From positions 1 to 22,806 of the forward strand of contig JALVSY010000032.1 in the NCBI GenBank assembly GCA_027036135.1: 22,806 nt of DNA. Reading direction: 5' to 3'. The notes beneath the pieces were generated by a model that saw nothing but the letters and a program-made list of their open reading frames with translations, was not told the DNA's origin and searched no databases. The DNA comes from Pyrodictiaceae archaeon (GTDB taxonomy: Archaea > Thermoproteota > Thermoprotei_A > Sulfolobales > Pyrodictiaceae). Both the position numbers and the translations under genes were made by a program. Of the stretch, positions 1 through 7,856 are shown in pieces. Position 1 is the first letter of the stretch; every line of letters starts with the position of its first letter.

Positions 1-895
1 TCCTTGGCTGCTGGGCTGGCTGGGGAGGGACGCTTGTCAGTGGCTCCACTGGCTTCATCTCCGGCCGCTCGCCGTGCAAGTACTTCTCCGCTATATCGAA
101 CACCCTGTTCAATAGAGCGTTCCAGTCCACCTCTCCCCCGGGCTTAACGTACTCCTCACGCTTGATGCCTAGCTCCCTCGCGGCCTCCTCGAAGACGCTG
201 CGTAGCTCCTTGTACGTGGTTATCATTTGTCTGAGCACTTGTAGGGTATCTGGCTGCTTTTTCACGGTCTCCGCTAGCTGGGCCATGTACCGTGCCAATT
301 GCTCCCTATCCCTCATGACCTCCTGTATCTCTCGCTTCATCTCCTCGGCTAGCTTAGCGTAGGCCTCCCGGAGCTCGTCTATCTGTTGTTGTTGCTGCTG
401 GAGCTGCTGGCCCACAGTCTGGGTTATCTGCTGAGTGATCTGCTGCACGGCTTCCTCGGTCTTCCTACCCATGAGGAGCTGGAGCATTAGTTGCTGTAGC
501 TTCTCCTGCTGCTGTAACTGTTGTTGCAGGAGCTGAGTCATCAGATTACTATTATCGTTGCTATTGCTCTTGCTAAGGTTCTGCAACAGCATAATAGTCA
601 TGGGGTCGGGCTGGAACACCATCCTTAGAGCAACTATGGCCATTATCTTGTTGAGGTCGATGTCATTCCCGTTCATGAGTAGCTGCTTAGCAAAACTGTA
701 CTTTAGGAGGTCGTCCAGGTTGAGCTGAGAGAGCTTGGCGAGGCCCTCCAAGGCACTATGTGGGCTTGATTGCTTCTTTAGCGCGGCCTCCAAGAGGGCC
801 TCGATTACCTTGTCCTTTGGGATACCTAGCTTCTTGGCTACGGCTTCAAGCTTCTCCTCCAAGCCAGGCAATTCTTCCACCCGAAGGGAACACAC
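1..895 (-). CDS. Gln-rich coiled-coil protein with N-terminal RHH-like segment, 3' end outside window (not in ORF track)
   Basis: Manual translation is open to the window edge: VCSLRVEELPGLEEKLEAVAKKLGIPKDKVIEALLEAAL...QLLQQQLQQQEKLQQ...QQLQQQQQQIDELREAY...PQPAQQPR. Start may be GTG 895 or GTG 880. Confidence 0.85.
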   Translation of the reverse strand, partial: MCSLRVEELPGLEEKLEAVAKKLGIPKDKVIEALLEAALKKQSSPHSALEGLAKLSQLNLDDLLKYSFAKQLLMNGNDIDLNKIMAIVALRMVFQPDPMTIMLLQNLSKSNSNDNSNLMTQLLQQQLQQQEKLQQLMLQLLMGRKTEEAVQQITQQITQTVGQQLQQQQQQIDELREAYAKLAEEMKREIQEVMRDREQLARYMAQLAETVKKQPDTLQVLRQMITTYKELRSVFEEAARELGIKREEYVKPGGEVDWNALLNRVFDIAEKYLHGERPEMKPVEPLTSVPPQPAQQPR

Positions 896-938
896 TTGTA
901 TACTCCAGTCTAACAAGTGTATACACGGGTATACAAGT
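892..938. promoter_or_regulatory. Divergent control region with three GTATAC boxes
   Basis: GTATAC at 898, 919 and 929; inverted pair ACTTGTATAC (894-903)/GTATACAAGT (929-938); palindrome GTGTATACAC (917-926). Confidence 0.6.
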
Positions 939-952
939 CTTGGGGTGACAAG

Positions 953-1219
953 ATGCCTACCAGGAAGATACATAACCTGGTCAATAAGCTAGTGCTAGGC
1001 AATGACTATGACTGGCTCAACAGGCTAATCGATTACCCTAGCCGCTGGCTCGGCCCCAGGCACAGGGTACTATTCCACGACGAGAAACACGACCCCTTGG
1101 TAACGTTCCTGCTGACAAGGGATCCCGGGGCTGCGCTGGCCCATTATCTCCACATCAAGCTCGACAAGGACAGGGAGCTACGCGAGAAGCTACTCTTGCT
1201 AGCCCTGCTAATGGGGTGA
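953..1219 (+). CDS. Small His/Asp-rich putative metal-binding protein (possibly a metal-dependent hydrolase)
   Basis: ATG 953 follows GGGGTGA; spaced H, D, HR-xxx-HD and H-xx-H-xxx-D residues (RKIHN, LIDYP, RHRVLFHD, AHYLHIKLD). Confidence 0.7.
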   Translation: MPTRKIHNLVNKLVLGNDYDWLNRLIDYPSRWLGPRHRVLFHDEKHDPLVTFLLTRDPGAALAHYLHIKLDKDRELREKLLLLALLMG

Positions 1220-1223
1220 GACC

Positions 1224-1916
1224 GTGAGCGAGAGACGCAGGTACATGCTGAGCACGGTTGACCTCCCATACCTCGATGCTTGCCTAAAGATACAGGAGCT
1301 CGACACTCTCTGCTACGAGGTATTGAGGTGCAAGGCCCAGGGTAACAGCTACCGCGACTGTGCCAAGAGGTTTGGGAGGAGCCGGCCCTGGTACGCGATG
1401 ACGCTGAGGACTTGTTACGACAAGTACGAGGTCTGCAAACCCAAGGTAATGAACATAGTGCGCGCGTACCAAGACCAATACGAGAGCAAGCCAGAGGAGC
1501 CAAGGAAGGAGGAACCAGCGAGAGAAGAGGAACCCAGGCAAGAGAGGATCGAGGAACAAGTCATAGAAGTGGTCAGCAAGGAGCCCGAGAAGAAAGAGCG
1601 GCCCAAGAGACAGGACAAGGAAGAGCTCAAGACAGCCTCGAGGGTAAGCCCCGAGAGACTAGCAGAGTCAGCGGCCTTGAAGAAAGTCGGCCTCATAGCA
1701 GCGAAGCAGGCAGAGAAACTAGTAAGCCTCTACCAGCGGATCGGGCAGCTCTTCTACGAGAAGTTCATAGAGATAAAGGAGACGACAGGCAAGGAATGGG
1801 AAGAACTAGTAGAGGAGGCATATCAAGCATACATAAACCACGGAATAGAAAGAGAAGAAGAAATAGACGAATACGAGATACTAGCAACACTAATACAAAT
1901 AGCACTACAAGAATAA
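1224..1916 (+). CDS. HTH-containing protein with charged central linker
   Basis: GTG after GGGGTGAG; LDTLCYEVLRCKAQGNSYRDCAKRFGRSR resembles a sigma-70 region 4/LuxR-type HTH; E/K/P-rich linker and helical C-terminus. Confidence 0.7.
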   Translation: MSERRRYMLSTVDLPYLDACLKIQELDTLCYEVLRCKAQGNSYRDCAKRFGRSRPWYAMTLRTCYDKYEVCKPKVMNIVRAYQDQYESKPEEPRKEEPAREEEPRQERIEEQVIEVVSKEPEKKERPKRQDKEELKTASRVSPERLAESAALKKVGLIAAKQAEKLVSLYQRIGQLFYEKFIEIKETTGKEWEELVEEAYQAYINHGIEREEEIDEYEILATLIQIALQE

Positions 1917-2002
1917 AAAGAATAGAAAGAAGAGAAGAGAAAAAGGGGAAATAAGAAGGGTATTCGCTTGTATTCATTTGTTTTGCAGGTGTGTTCCTGT
2001 GA

Positions 2003-2029
2003 CTAACAAGCGTATTCACAGGTATACAA
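2003..2029 (+). repeat. Second copy of a 27-bp direct repeat (first copy 910-936)
   Basis: CTAACAAGCGTATTCACAGGTATACAA vs CTAACAAGTGTATACACGGGTATACAA: 3 mismatches in 27. Confidence 0.85.
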
Positions 2030-2039
2030 CGTTAGGAGG

Positions 2040-2237
2040 AGGCCTAACAGAATAGAGGAACCCCGACTAGTTTCTCGCCGGGGAAGAAAGAAGCAAGGGA
2101 GAAGTAGAGAGAATAACAGAGTACACTAGACAGAAGCAACGTATAAGAGAAGTATAGAGTAGATTAGCACGAGGATAGACAGAGACTAGATAAGGAGAGA
2201 AGAGTATAGAAAAGAAATAGCGGGAGAAAATGGAAAG
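2040..2237 (-). terminator. Long T/C-rich tract on the minus strand between convergent genes, likely termination zone
   Basis: Plus strand is strongly purine-rich (AGAGTA-like units), so the minus-strand transcript downstream of 2238 is U/C-rich. Confidence 0.4.
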
Positions 2238-2837
2238 CTAGCAGTCGCAGGCACATCCTAAGATACCGCCCTTATTGTAAAGCATTTTGAGATATAATAG
2301 AGTAGCTTTTAGGAGATCATAGGCCTCCTCGGCGATATCAATGTATGTCCCGTTCCCCAGCGACGGTGCTGGCTCACTTGCTCGCTCTATTGCCTTCTCA
2401 ATCTCTACTAACTTATCCTTACTAATCAACGGGAAGCAGTCAATAGGTATAGATACTTCTTCGCCCCGCATCCTCAGAGCAAATTTAAGAACACCAGCAA
2501 TATCAGCAATATAACTAACAGCGCTGCAGCATATTGTTTTTGTATCACCCCTGTAAACCTCAGCAACTTTTTCGAGAAATAGTTCCTGTTGCTTCTTTAA
2601 GAGCTCTAGTGCCTTGAGGAATGGCTTTGTTGGGTAGTCGAGGCGCCTAGTGTGCGCCTCCGCTATATGCGAGATGCTAACATCTTTGCTTTGTGTAATC
2701 AGTACTAGTGGTTCGTCATGACGCTTTAGTACATGTACGTGCACAGGTTTCCAGTCTGAGTCGTGGACAGTAATAATATAGTATGAATGAAACCCCAGCT
2801 CACGGGGTTCTACTTGTTTAAATCCTACTCTTATCAT
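2238..2837 (-). CDS. Hypothetical protein under the shared early promoter (candidate anti-defence gene)
   Basis: 199 aa ORF; ATG after GGTGAGAAC; visibly more AT-rich than neighbours. Confidence 0.8.
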   Translation of the reverse strand: MIRVGFKQVEPRELGFHSYYIITVHDSDWKPVHVHVLKRHDEPLVLITQSKDVSISHIAEAHTRRLDYPTKPFLKALELLKKQQELFLEKVAEVYRGDTKTICCSAVSYIADIAGVLKFALRMRGEEVSIPIDCFPLISKDKLVEIEKAIERASEPAPSLGNGTYIDIAEEAYDLLKATLLYLKMLYNKGGILGCACDC

Positions 2838-2840
2838 GTT

Positions 2841-2905
2841 CTCACCGTTTTCTATACTGGGCAGGGAAGCGGTATAAAAATCTTAGCCCGTAAGTGTTCG
2901 GGTGG
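2841..2905 (-). promoter_or_regulatory. Repeated promoter, copy 1 (TTTTTATA TATA box)
   Basis: 37 bp at 2855-2891 (plus strand TACTGGGCAGGGAAGCGGTATAAAAATCTTAGCCCGT) identical to 5748-5784; reads TTTTTATACCGCTTCCCTGCCCAGTA...GGTGAG on the minus strand. Confidence 0.85.
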
Positions 2906-2912
2906 TGTTGTT

Positions 2913-3113
2913 TCATTTCTTGCATATCATGTTTACTAGTCTCTGTAGTTCTTGGTGGGTCTCCTTTGCTATTTGGTAGAGCCTCTGTATTTCGGGGTCC
3001 CTGGGGTAGAGCCGTGCTAGTAGCTCTGCGCGTGCCAGTATCGCTGCTGTGTTCTCTAGTTGCTTGATGAGCTCACGGCAGTACCACTCATGGAACTGTT
3101 TATGGGCCTCCAT
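2913..3113 (-). CDS. Small helical hypothetical protein
   Basis: 66 aa, translationally coupled (TAATG) to the upstream gene. Confidence 0.7.
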   Translation of the reverse strand: MEAHKQFHEWYCRELIKQLENTAAILARAELLARLYPRDPEIQRLYQIAKETHQELQRLVNMICKK

Positions 3114-3382
3114 TACTTGTCCCTCCTTGCTCTGAGTATGTATGGTGGCTTGTAGTCTCCTTCGACTAGTTCTTCGCGGAGGATTGGCGTGGGCTCCTTG
3201 AGGCAGTATAATCCACGTGTGGGCCTGTACATGTCCCCCTTCTTCACTAGGTAGCGTAAGCGGTACTGTGCCTCCCTGTTGCTGATACCCAGCTCCATGG
3301 CTACCTCGTAGACCGTTATGCAGCCCCCACGCTCCCTGGCTAGGCGCTTAATGATAGGGGTCAGGACTACGCGGTCACCCAT
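3113..3382 (-). CDS. Winged-helix DNA-binding protein
   Basis: Likely start ATG 3382 (GGAGG upstream, TAATG coupling); GGCITVYEVAMELGISNREAQYRLRYLVKKGDMYRPTRGLY is a typical wHTH. Confidence 0.85.
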   Translation of the reverse strand: MGDRVVLTPIIKRLARERGGCITVYEVAMELGISNREAQYRLRYLVKKGDMYRPTRGLYCLKEPTPILREELVEGDYKPPYILRARRDK

Positions 3383-3789
3383 TATCTCATCCTCCAGTTC
3401 TTCACTATGCTCTCTATGTCTCTTATAGAGTTGTAGCCCAGTATGCGCCACAAGGGCTGCTCGAATACTATTACGTGTACTCCCTCGTAGCCTTCCTGGT
3501 CGTGTGAGATAACAAGGGCCCCGTCCTCTCGCACGTAGACCCTGTTATTGGTGCCGCAGTCTCCCATCGCTACCCAGCGGCTGCTTATGTAGACGTGCTT
3601 CTTTTGCTTCATAATGTATTTGTGATAATAGTCCCAGTCATGTGCCTCTATCCACCGTATGTGCTTCACTAGGTCACCCTTGAGAGCGCAATCCGGGTCT
3701 ACAGGACTGGGGCACTCCAAGCGGAGAGGAACAGGTAGGGCCAGGTTGCCTTTCCCGTGTTCTTCTCGTAGATCAATCACACAACCCAT
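3382..3789 (-). CDS. Hypothetical protein
   Basis: Likely start ATG 3789 (MGCVIDLREE) after GGAG; coupled to the wHTH gene. Confidence 0.75.
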   Translation of the reverse strand: MGCVIDLREEHGKGNLALPVPLRLECPSPVDPDCALKGDLVKHIRWIEAHDWDYYHKYIMKQKKHVYISSRWVAMGDCGTNNRVYVREDGALVISHDQEGYEGVHVIVFEQPLWRILGYNSIRDIESIVKNWRMR

Positions 3790-3864
3790 TCTCCTGCCCC
3801 TGGACGAGTGTTCGGGTGGAGAAGGCGGTTTGACGAACATTGAAAAAAGACTCGGGTATAGGGC

Positions 3865-4428
3865 TTAGCGAACCTGTTTCGGTCGGTTGTTCGTTTTCCC
3901 TTGTTTCCTGCTGAGCACTTGTTCGAGTGTTAGCTCCTTCTTCTCCCTGGCAAGGTCTAGTATCTCTGCTATCTTCTCCGGGGTGAAGAACCGTGTTAGC
4001 TCTGGCTTCTCTAGCAGAGAGGCCGCTACGTCGAGTAGCATTGCTGCTACGCTGGCTGCTAGCTCTCGCTCCCTGTCCCAGAGCACCACTCCATTATCGT
4101 CTCTTAGCTCTACCCTGCCGCTTGGGGAGGCCCTTAGGCCCCCCGCTATGCTCCTAAGTGTCCTCACTATCAGCCTAGTGTCTGGGAGAAACACTTTGTT
4201 TACCTCGTTGAGCCACTCAGCCGTCATCCACTTGTTACGCTCCATCACCAGTAGCAAGGCCTCGTAGAGCTCCCTTGCGCTGAAAGTATCCTGTACCCCT
4301 TTCATAACGTTGTCCTTCTCGATCAGCATTATTAGTAGCACGCGGTCGCTGAGCTCCTCTGGGTGCTCGATGAAGAGACTACTGTTGCCAGCAATCTCAC
4401 CGACCCTGGACTGGACACGGATAATCAT
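3865..4428 (-). CDS. Hypothetical protein
   Basis: ATG 4428 after AGGTGAT; in operon order with 4442-5146. Confidence 0.75.
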   Translation of the reverse strand: MIIRVQSRVGEIAGNSSLFIEHPEELSDRVLLIMLIEKDNVMKGVQDTFSARELYEALLLVMERNKWMTAEWLNEVNKVFLPDTRLIVRTLRSIAGGLRASPSGRVELRDDNGVVLWDRERELAASVAAMLLDVAASLLEKPELTRFFTPEKIAEILDLAREKKELTLEQVLSRKQGKTNNRPKQVR

Positions 4429-4441
4429 GCCTATCACCTAG

Positions 4442-5146
4442 TTATATTATCTCGTTCTCCTCCATGTCCTCATAGTCTCTCAGCACTACTGCATTCTTCT
4501 CAGCGTCGAAGAGTATCTGCTTCTTCTCTACTATTGTATCGCATTCTCCCCTGTAAGGCCCCGTATCCTTGCTTATCTCTAACACCGTGCCAGGCTTGGC
4601 AATGACTAGGCAAGCCGCTACGCTATCAATCCTAGTGCTGGTTGAGTCGCACCATGCATAGCCCTCCCCCTTCACTACTTTTACATTCAAGCCAGCATCA
4701 CATGTACGTGAATGTACATAGTTCTCAATGATATGTACTACAGCATCGTAGTCCCTGCTACCAGTTACCCTGTACTCCCCGCTCCCAGCTCTCTCGAGCA
4801 CTATGTAGCCATCAACACTTATAGTTGGCCCAATATAGCCCGGTGCCTTGCCATACTTAATGACTCCGTATGGCAGCTTCCTTACCCAGTCATCTCCCTC
4901 TTTGAACAGCCTTATCCCTCCCCGCATAAGCTCCCTGCTACGGAACATGAACCTGTGCTTAGCCCCAGCAGCGAAGTCCCTGCTCCTCAGCGGCCACTTC
5001 TTAACCACGACTATCCTAGCGTCATCCTTCTCAGACAACAGCCAGCTCTTCACCCACTCTCTTCCATTCCACTTGCTGTAAAAAACCATGTCTAGGGGGA
5101 CTAGGACGCGGGGGTATTTTAGCTCGAAATCAACGAACCAAGTCAC
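4442..5146 (-). CDS. Beta-rich hypothetical protein under the shared early promoter (candidate anti-defence gene)
   Basis: The ORF-track N-terminus (5147-5218) is the promoter repeat; the real start is probably GTG 5146 after GGTGAGAACC. Confidence 0.8.
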   Translation of the reverse strand: MTWFVDFELKYPRVLVPLDMVFYSKWNGREWVKSWLLSEKDDARIVVVKKWPLRSRDFAAGAKHRFMFRSRELMRGGIRLFKEGDDWVRKLPYGVIKYGKAPGYIGPTISVDGYIVLERAGSGEYRVTGSRDYDAVVHIIENYVHSRTCDAGLNVKVVKGEGYAWCDSTSTRIDSVAACLVIAKPGTVLEISKDTGPYRGECDTIVEKKQILFDAEKNAVVLRDYEDMEENEII

Positions 5147-5149
5147 GGT

Positions 5150-5207
5150 TCTCACCCGGGTCTCGCTCGCTCCGGGTTCCTTACTGGGCAGGGAAGCGGT
5201 ATAAAAA
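5150..5207 (-). promoter_or_regulatory. Repeated promoter and leader, copy 2
   Basis: Shares TCTCACCCGGGTCTCGCTCGCTCCGG (5150-5175 = 5717-5742) and TACTGGGCAGGGAAGCGGTATAAAAA (5182-5207) with copy 3. Confidence 0.85.
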
Positions 5208-5233
5208 GATTGGGGCATACATGTTCGGGGTTC

Positions 5234-5713
5234 TTACTCTATGTAGAAGTAGAGCCAGAGTACTATGTCTCCGGGCTTTATGTCCTTGATGTCCCCTGGT
5301 TTTTCTAGGCGCTTGTTGAGCCTCGCTACTATGGCTACATCTCCCTCCCATGGCGTATACATTGTTCTATTGACTGGCACGTTTACTCCGAGGAGCCTGC
5401 TCAATAGCTGCGCTGTTGCTGGGTGCCCTATGTAGCTGAGGATGGGTTTGTTATTGTTTCTGAAGTACTGGGCTACTCGCTTGGCTATGTCTGGCGTTAC
5501 TGTGCCGCCACACATCAGGATACCGTACGCTGGTACCAAGGCGTTTAGAAGTACTAGGCGCTTGTATTTTGGCAGGACGTAGCGCTCAACCTTCTCATAG
5601 TCGCCTGCGAAGCAGTGCCATCCACCGTAGAAACCAGATGGGTCTGTAATGAATACGGGGTGAAAAACCTCGGTCTCGGGGGTCTTAGCCTCGAGGACTT
5701 GGGCCTGGGACAT
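5234..5713 (-). CDS. acrIII-1: DUF1874 (STIV B116-like) AcrIII-1 ring nuclease, anti-CRISPR type III, with N-terminal extension
   Basis: Family pattern LLNA...SYIGHPATAQLLSRLLGVNVPVNR...GD.AIV.RL..RL with the catalytic GH and conserved NR; ATG 5713 after GGTGAGAGCC. Confidence 0.88.
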   Translation of the reverse strand: MSQAQVLEAKTPETEVFHPVFITDPSGFYGGWHCFAGDYEKVERYVLPKYKRLVLLNALVPAYGILMCGGTVTPDIAKRVAQYFRNNNKPILSYIGHPATAQLLSRLLGVNVPVNRTMYTPWEGDVAIVARLNKRLEKPGDIKDIKPGDIVLWLYFYIE

Positions 5714-5716
5714 GGC

Positions 5717-5784
5717 TCTCACCCGGGTCTCGCTCGCTCCGGTTCTCTACTGGGCAGGGAAGCGGTATAAAAATCTTAGCCCGT
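5717..5784 (-). promoter_or_regulatory. Repeated promoter and leader, copy 3 (acrIII-1 promoter)
   Basis: Composite of the segments shared with copies 1 and 2; TATA box TTTTTATA at 5773-5766. Confidence 0.85.
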
Positions 5785-5994
5785 GTGTTTTCGGATTCCC
5801 TTTTTCTCGCCTAGCCTGTAGAGCCTGCATAGCTCCCACTCGCGTATCTCCTTGCCCAGGGACTCGCTGTATATTGCCCCACAGCACCTATCCGGGACGA
5901 CTACGCACGTGCCTCCCCCATCCCTGCACAATCGTAGCTCTATGGCTACGAGGCAATGACCGTGCTCCAGGAAGGGGCAGCAGCGCCTAGGCAT
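5776..5994 (-). CDS. Small Cys-rich protein
   Basis: 72 aa with 8 Cys; overlaps the methyltransferase stop. Confidence 0.6.
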   Translation of the reverse strand: MPRRCCPFLEHGHCLVAIELRLCRDGGGTCVVVPDRCCGAIYSESLGKEIREWELCRLYRLGEKKGIRKHTG

Positions 5995-6550
5995 TGCTGA
6001 GTAGCCCCCACCACGTGGTGGGGTTCTCCTTGTTGTAGTCTATATACCTGGTTACTGGTAGCCACTTCTCCTCTGCCACGACTCTGAAACCCTCTGGGAC
6101 CCACGTGGTCTTGTAGTGCACGAAGAGGTATCTGGCTCCGAGCTCTCTAGTAGCCCTAGCCGCTGCTTCGAGGATGAGCCTGTGGGACCCTAGTGCTTTG
6201 TCCAGACCGAAGTGGCGGCGCTTGCTATTACCCCTCTCTATCCATGGTGGATCCACAACTACTACGTCTACGTGTATGCCTAGCTTCTTCACTGTTTTCC
6301 ATGACTGCCACGCTGGCTTTTTGATAAAGATGTCTGGCTCTACCACCCAGTCTAGGCACGCTATATCTGCGCCGATTAATAGGCTCGGCCTCGAGGCCGC
6401 CCAGAACCGGCCCTCCCCATAGGTTGTATCGAATACCACTAGCTCGGCGGGGCTGAGCCCAGCCCTCTCCAACAACATCTTAACCATGCACGATACGGGC
6501 GCTCTTGCACACGGTCCTCCTAGTTTCTGTACCTCAAGCTGGGTTATCAC
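5987..6550 (-). CDS. Minimal SAM-dependent amino-methyltransferase (N6-adenine/N4-cytosine type)
   Basis: Motif I VFDTTYGEGRF, motif II GADI, motif IV VDVVVVDPPW. Confidence 0.85.
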   Translation of the reverse strand: MITQLEVQKLGGPCARAPVSCMVKMLLERAGLSPAELVVFDTTYGEGRFWAASRPSLLIGADIACLDWVVEPDIFIKKPAWQSWKTVKKLGIHVDVVVVDPPWIERGNSKRRHFGLDKALGSHRLILEAAARATRELGARYLFVHYKTTWVPEGFRVVAEEKWLPVTRYIDYNKENPTTWWGLLSNA

Positions 6551-7292
6551 AGTCCCATCCCTCTAGCTTGCCCAGGTACCTGCACAGGATGGAGAGGTAG
6601 TGCTTGAATAGGAGGTCTCTCTGCTCCTGGTTCTTGGCGCTTATGGTTCCCAGTTTCTTCTTTAGCTCGGTGCTGGTGACCCGTGTCCACGACGTGGTGT
6701 CCATGCTCTTTACCCGGGTGAAGGCTGCTACACGCTTGGCGGCTTCCAGGCTCGGGGCCAATAAGTGCAGGTCTACGTGATGCCTCCGGGCCACGTGGTC
6801 GGCAATGTTGATTATCCTTAGCTGTAGGAGGGGCTTCACTAGTACCCTCCTACCCTTTGCCGAGTAATAGTAGCTCGTGGGGAGCTTCAACGGCACAGCG
6901 TACAAGTCTACAAAATCAATATCGGTCATATATGTGTCGAAGACGTCCTCTAGTATCGCTGAGTCGGTCTCGTTGTAGTGCATAACGACTATGCACTTGT
7001 AGGCCTTGCAGAGGTACCTCGCACGTCTAGCGGCCATGATTGTTCTCCAGGGCTCGTTGGGATAATCCGGCAGCACTACGTAGAGCTCCTCAGCTCTCCA
7101 CCGTAGCTGGGCTGCTCTCCTAGCAATCTGCGCTACCCACAGGTCTAGTGGTGGGTACTCTCCTCGCTGATAGTAGTTGAATGCCCCGTTATCTAGGATG
7201 ATGCTCTCAACCCTGCGACTGGGAGCCGCTCCCCGGGGCTTAACAACCCAATAAGGCCACCAAGACGGGGGATTAGATGCGTAGAGCCTCAC
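6534..7292 (-). CDS. TGT-superfamily (DpdA-like) guanine transglycosylase
   Basis: IILDNGAF (DSGGF-like), VLPD, LHLLA and SMDTTSW (SxDxxxW) in TGT-barrel order; likely start GTG 7292 after GGAGAGGA, overlapping the upstream TGA. Confidence 0.8.
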   Translation of the reverse strand: MRLYASNPPSWWPYWVVKPRGAAPSRRVESIILDNGAFNYYQRGEYPPLDLWVAQIARRAAQLRWRAEELYVVLPDYPNEPWRTIMAARRARYLCKAYKCIVVMHYNETDSAILEDVFDTYMTDIDFVDLYAVPLKLPTSYYYSAKGRRVLVKPLLQLRIINIADHVARRHHVDLHLLAPSLEAAKRVAAFTRVKSMDTTSWTRVTSTELKKKLGTISAKNQEQRDLLFKHYLSILCRYLGKLEGWDCDNPA

Positions 7293-7609
7293 TCCTCTCC
7301 ACCCTGTAGGTGGTCTAGCAGGGCTCTCTGGCCAAGGTAGGCGTGGAAGACCACGTGTCTTACTCCATTGACCAGGGTGTAGGTCACTGTGTAGCCCAGC
7401 TCCTCTAGGGCCTCGTTGGTAGACCACAGGAGCTCCTCGCATACCCTGGGCTCATCGTTGCATATCCACTCTCCCTGTAGCTCCCAGCCGAGGTGTAGCA
7501 GGAGACGCCTAGCCCCAAGGGGCCTGCACCGCTGCAGCAACGCCTTCTCCTCTGCGGCCCACAGCCTATCACTTATCTCCAGGAGGTCTGGGGGCCGTGC
7601 CCGCGGCAA
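7289..7609 (-). CDS. Hypothetical protein
   Basis: Probable TTG start at 7609 after GAGGGAG; the 5' part of the track ORF (to 7813) overlaps the next gene. Confidence 0.6.
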   Translation of the reverse strand: MPRARPPDLLEISDRLWAAEEKALLQRCRPLGARRLLLHLGWELQGEWICNDEPRVCEELLWSTNEALEELGYTVTYTLVNGVRHVVFHAYLGQRALLDHLQGGEE

Positions 7610-7845
7610 CCCAGCTCCCTCTTGTCGCGTACTTCTCGTCCACGGGTGAGAGCGACGTAGAACGCGGCTGTCCTGCCCCCGTAGTTCTCGTAGAGGTAGG
7701 CCCTGCCCCTGTAGATTACCGCTATTATTCCCTCCCTTGCAAAGAAGTTCTCCGGTATCTCGCAGGGATCGAGGGAGCCCAGGTACTTGGTGGTGGCGGC
7801 TACCCTTGTCCACTCCTCCGCGCTAGGGTTCTCCAGGACATACAT
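7573..7845 (-). CDS. Hypothetical protein
   Basis: ATG 7845 just downstream of the RHH stop, after GGGGTAG. Confidence 0.7.
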   Translation of the reverse strand: MYVLENPSAEEWTRVAATTKYLGSLDPCEIPENFFAREGIIAVIYRGRAYLYENYGGRTAAFYVALTRGREVRDKRELGCRGHGPQTSWR

Positions 7846-7856
7846 CGCTACTACCC

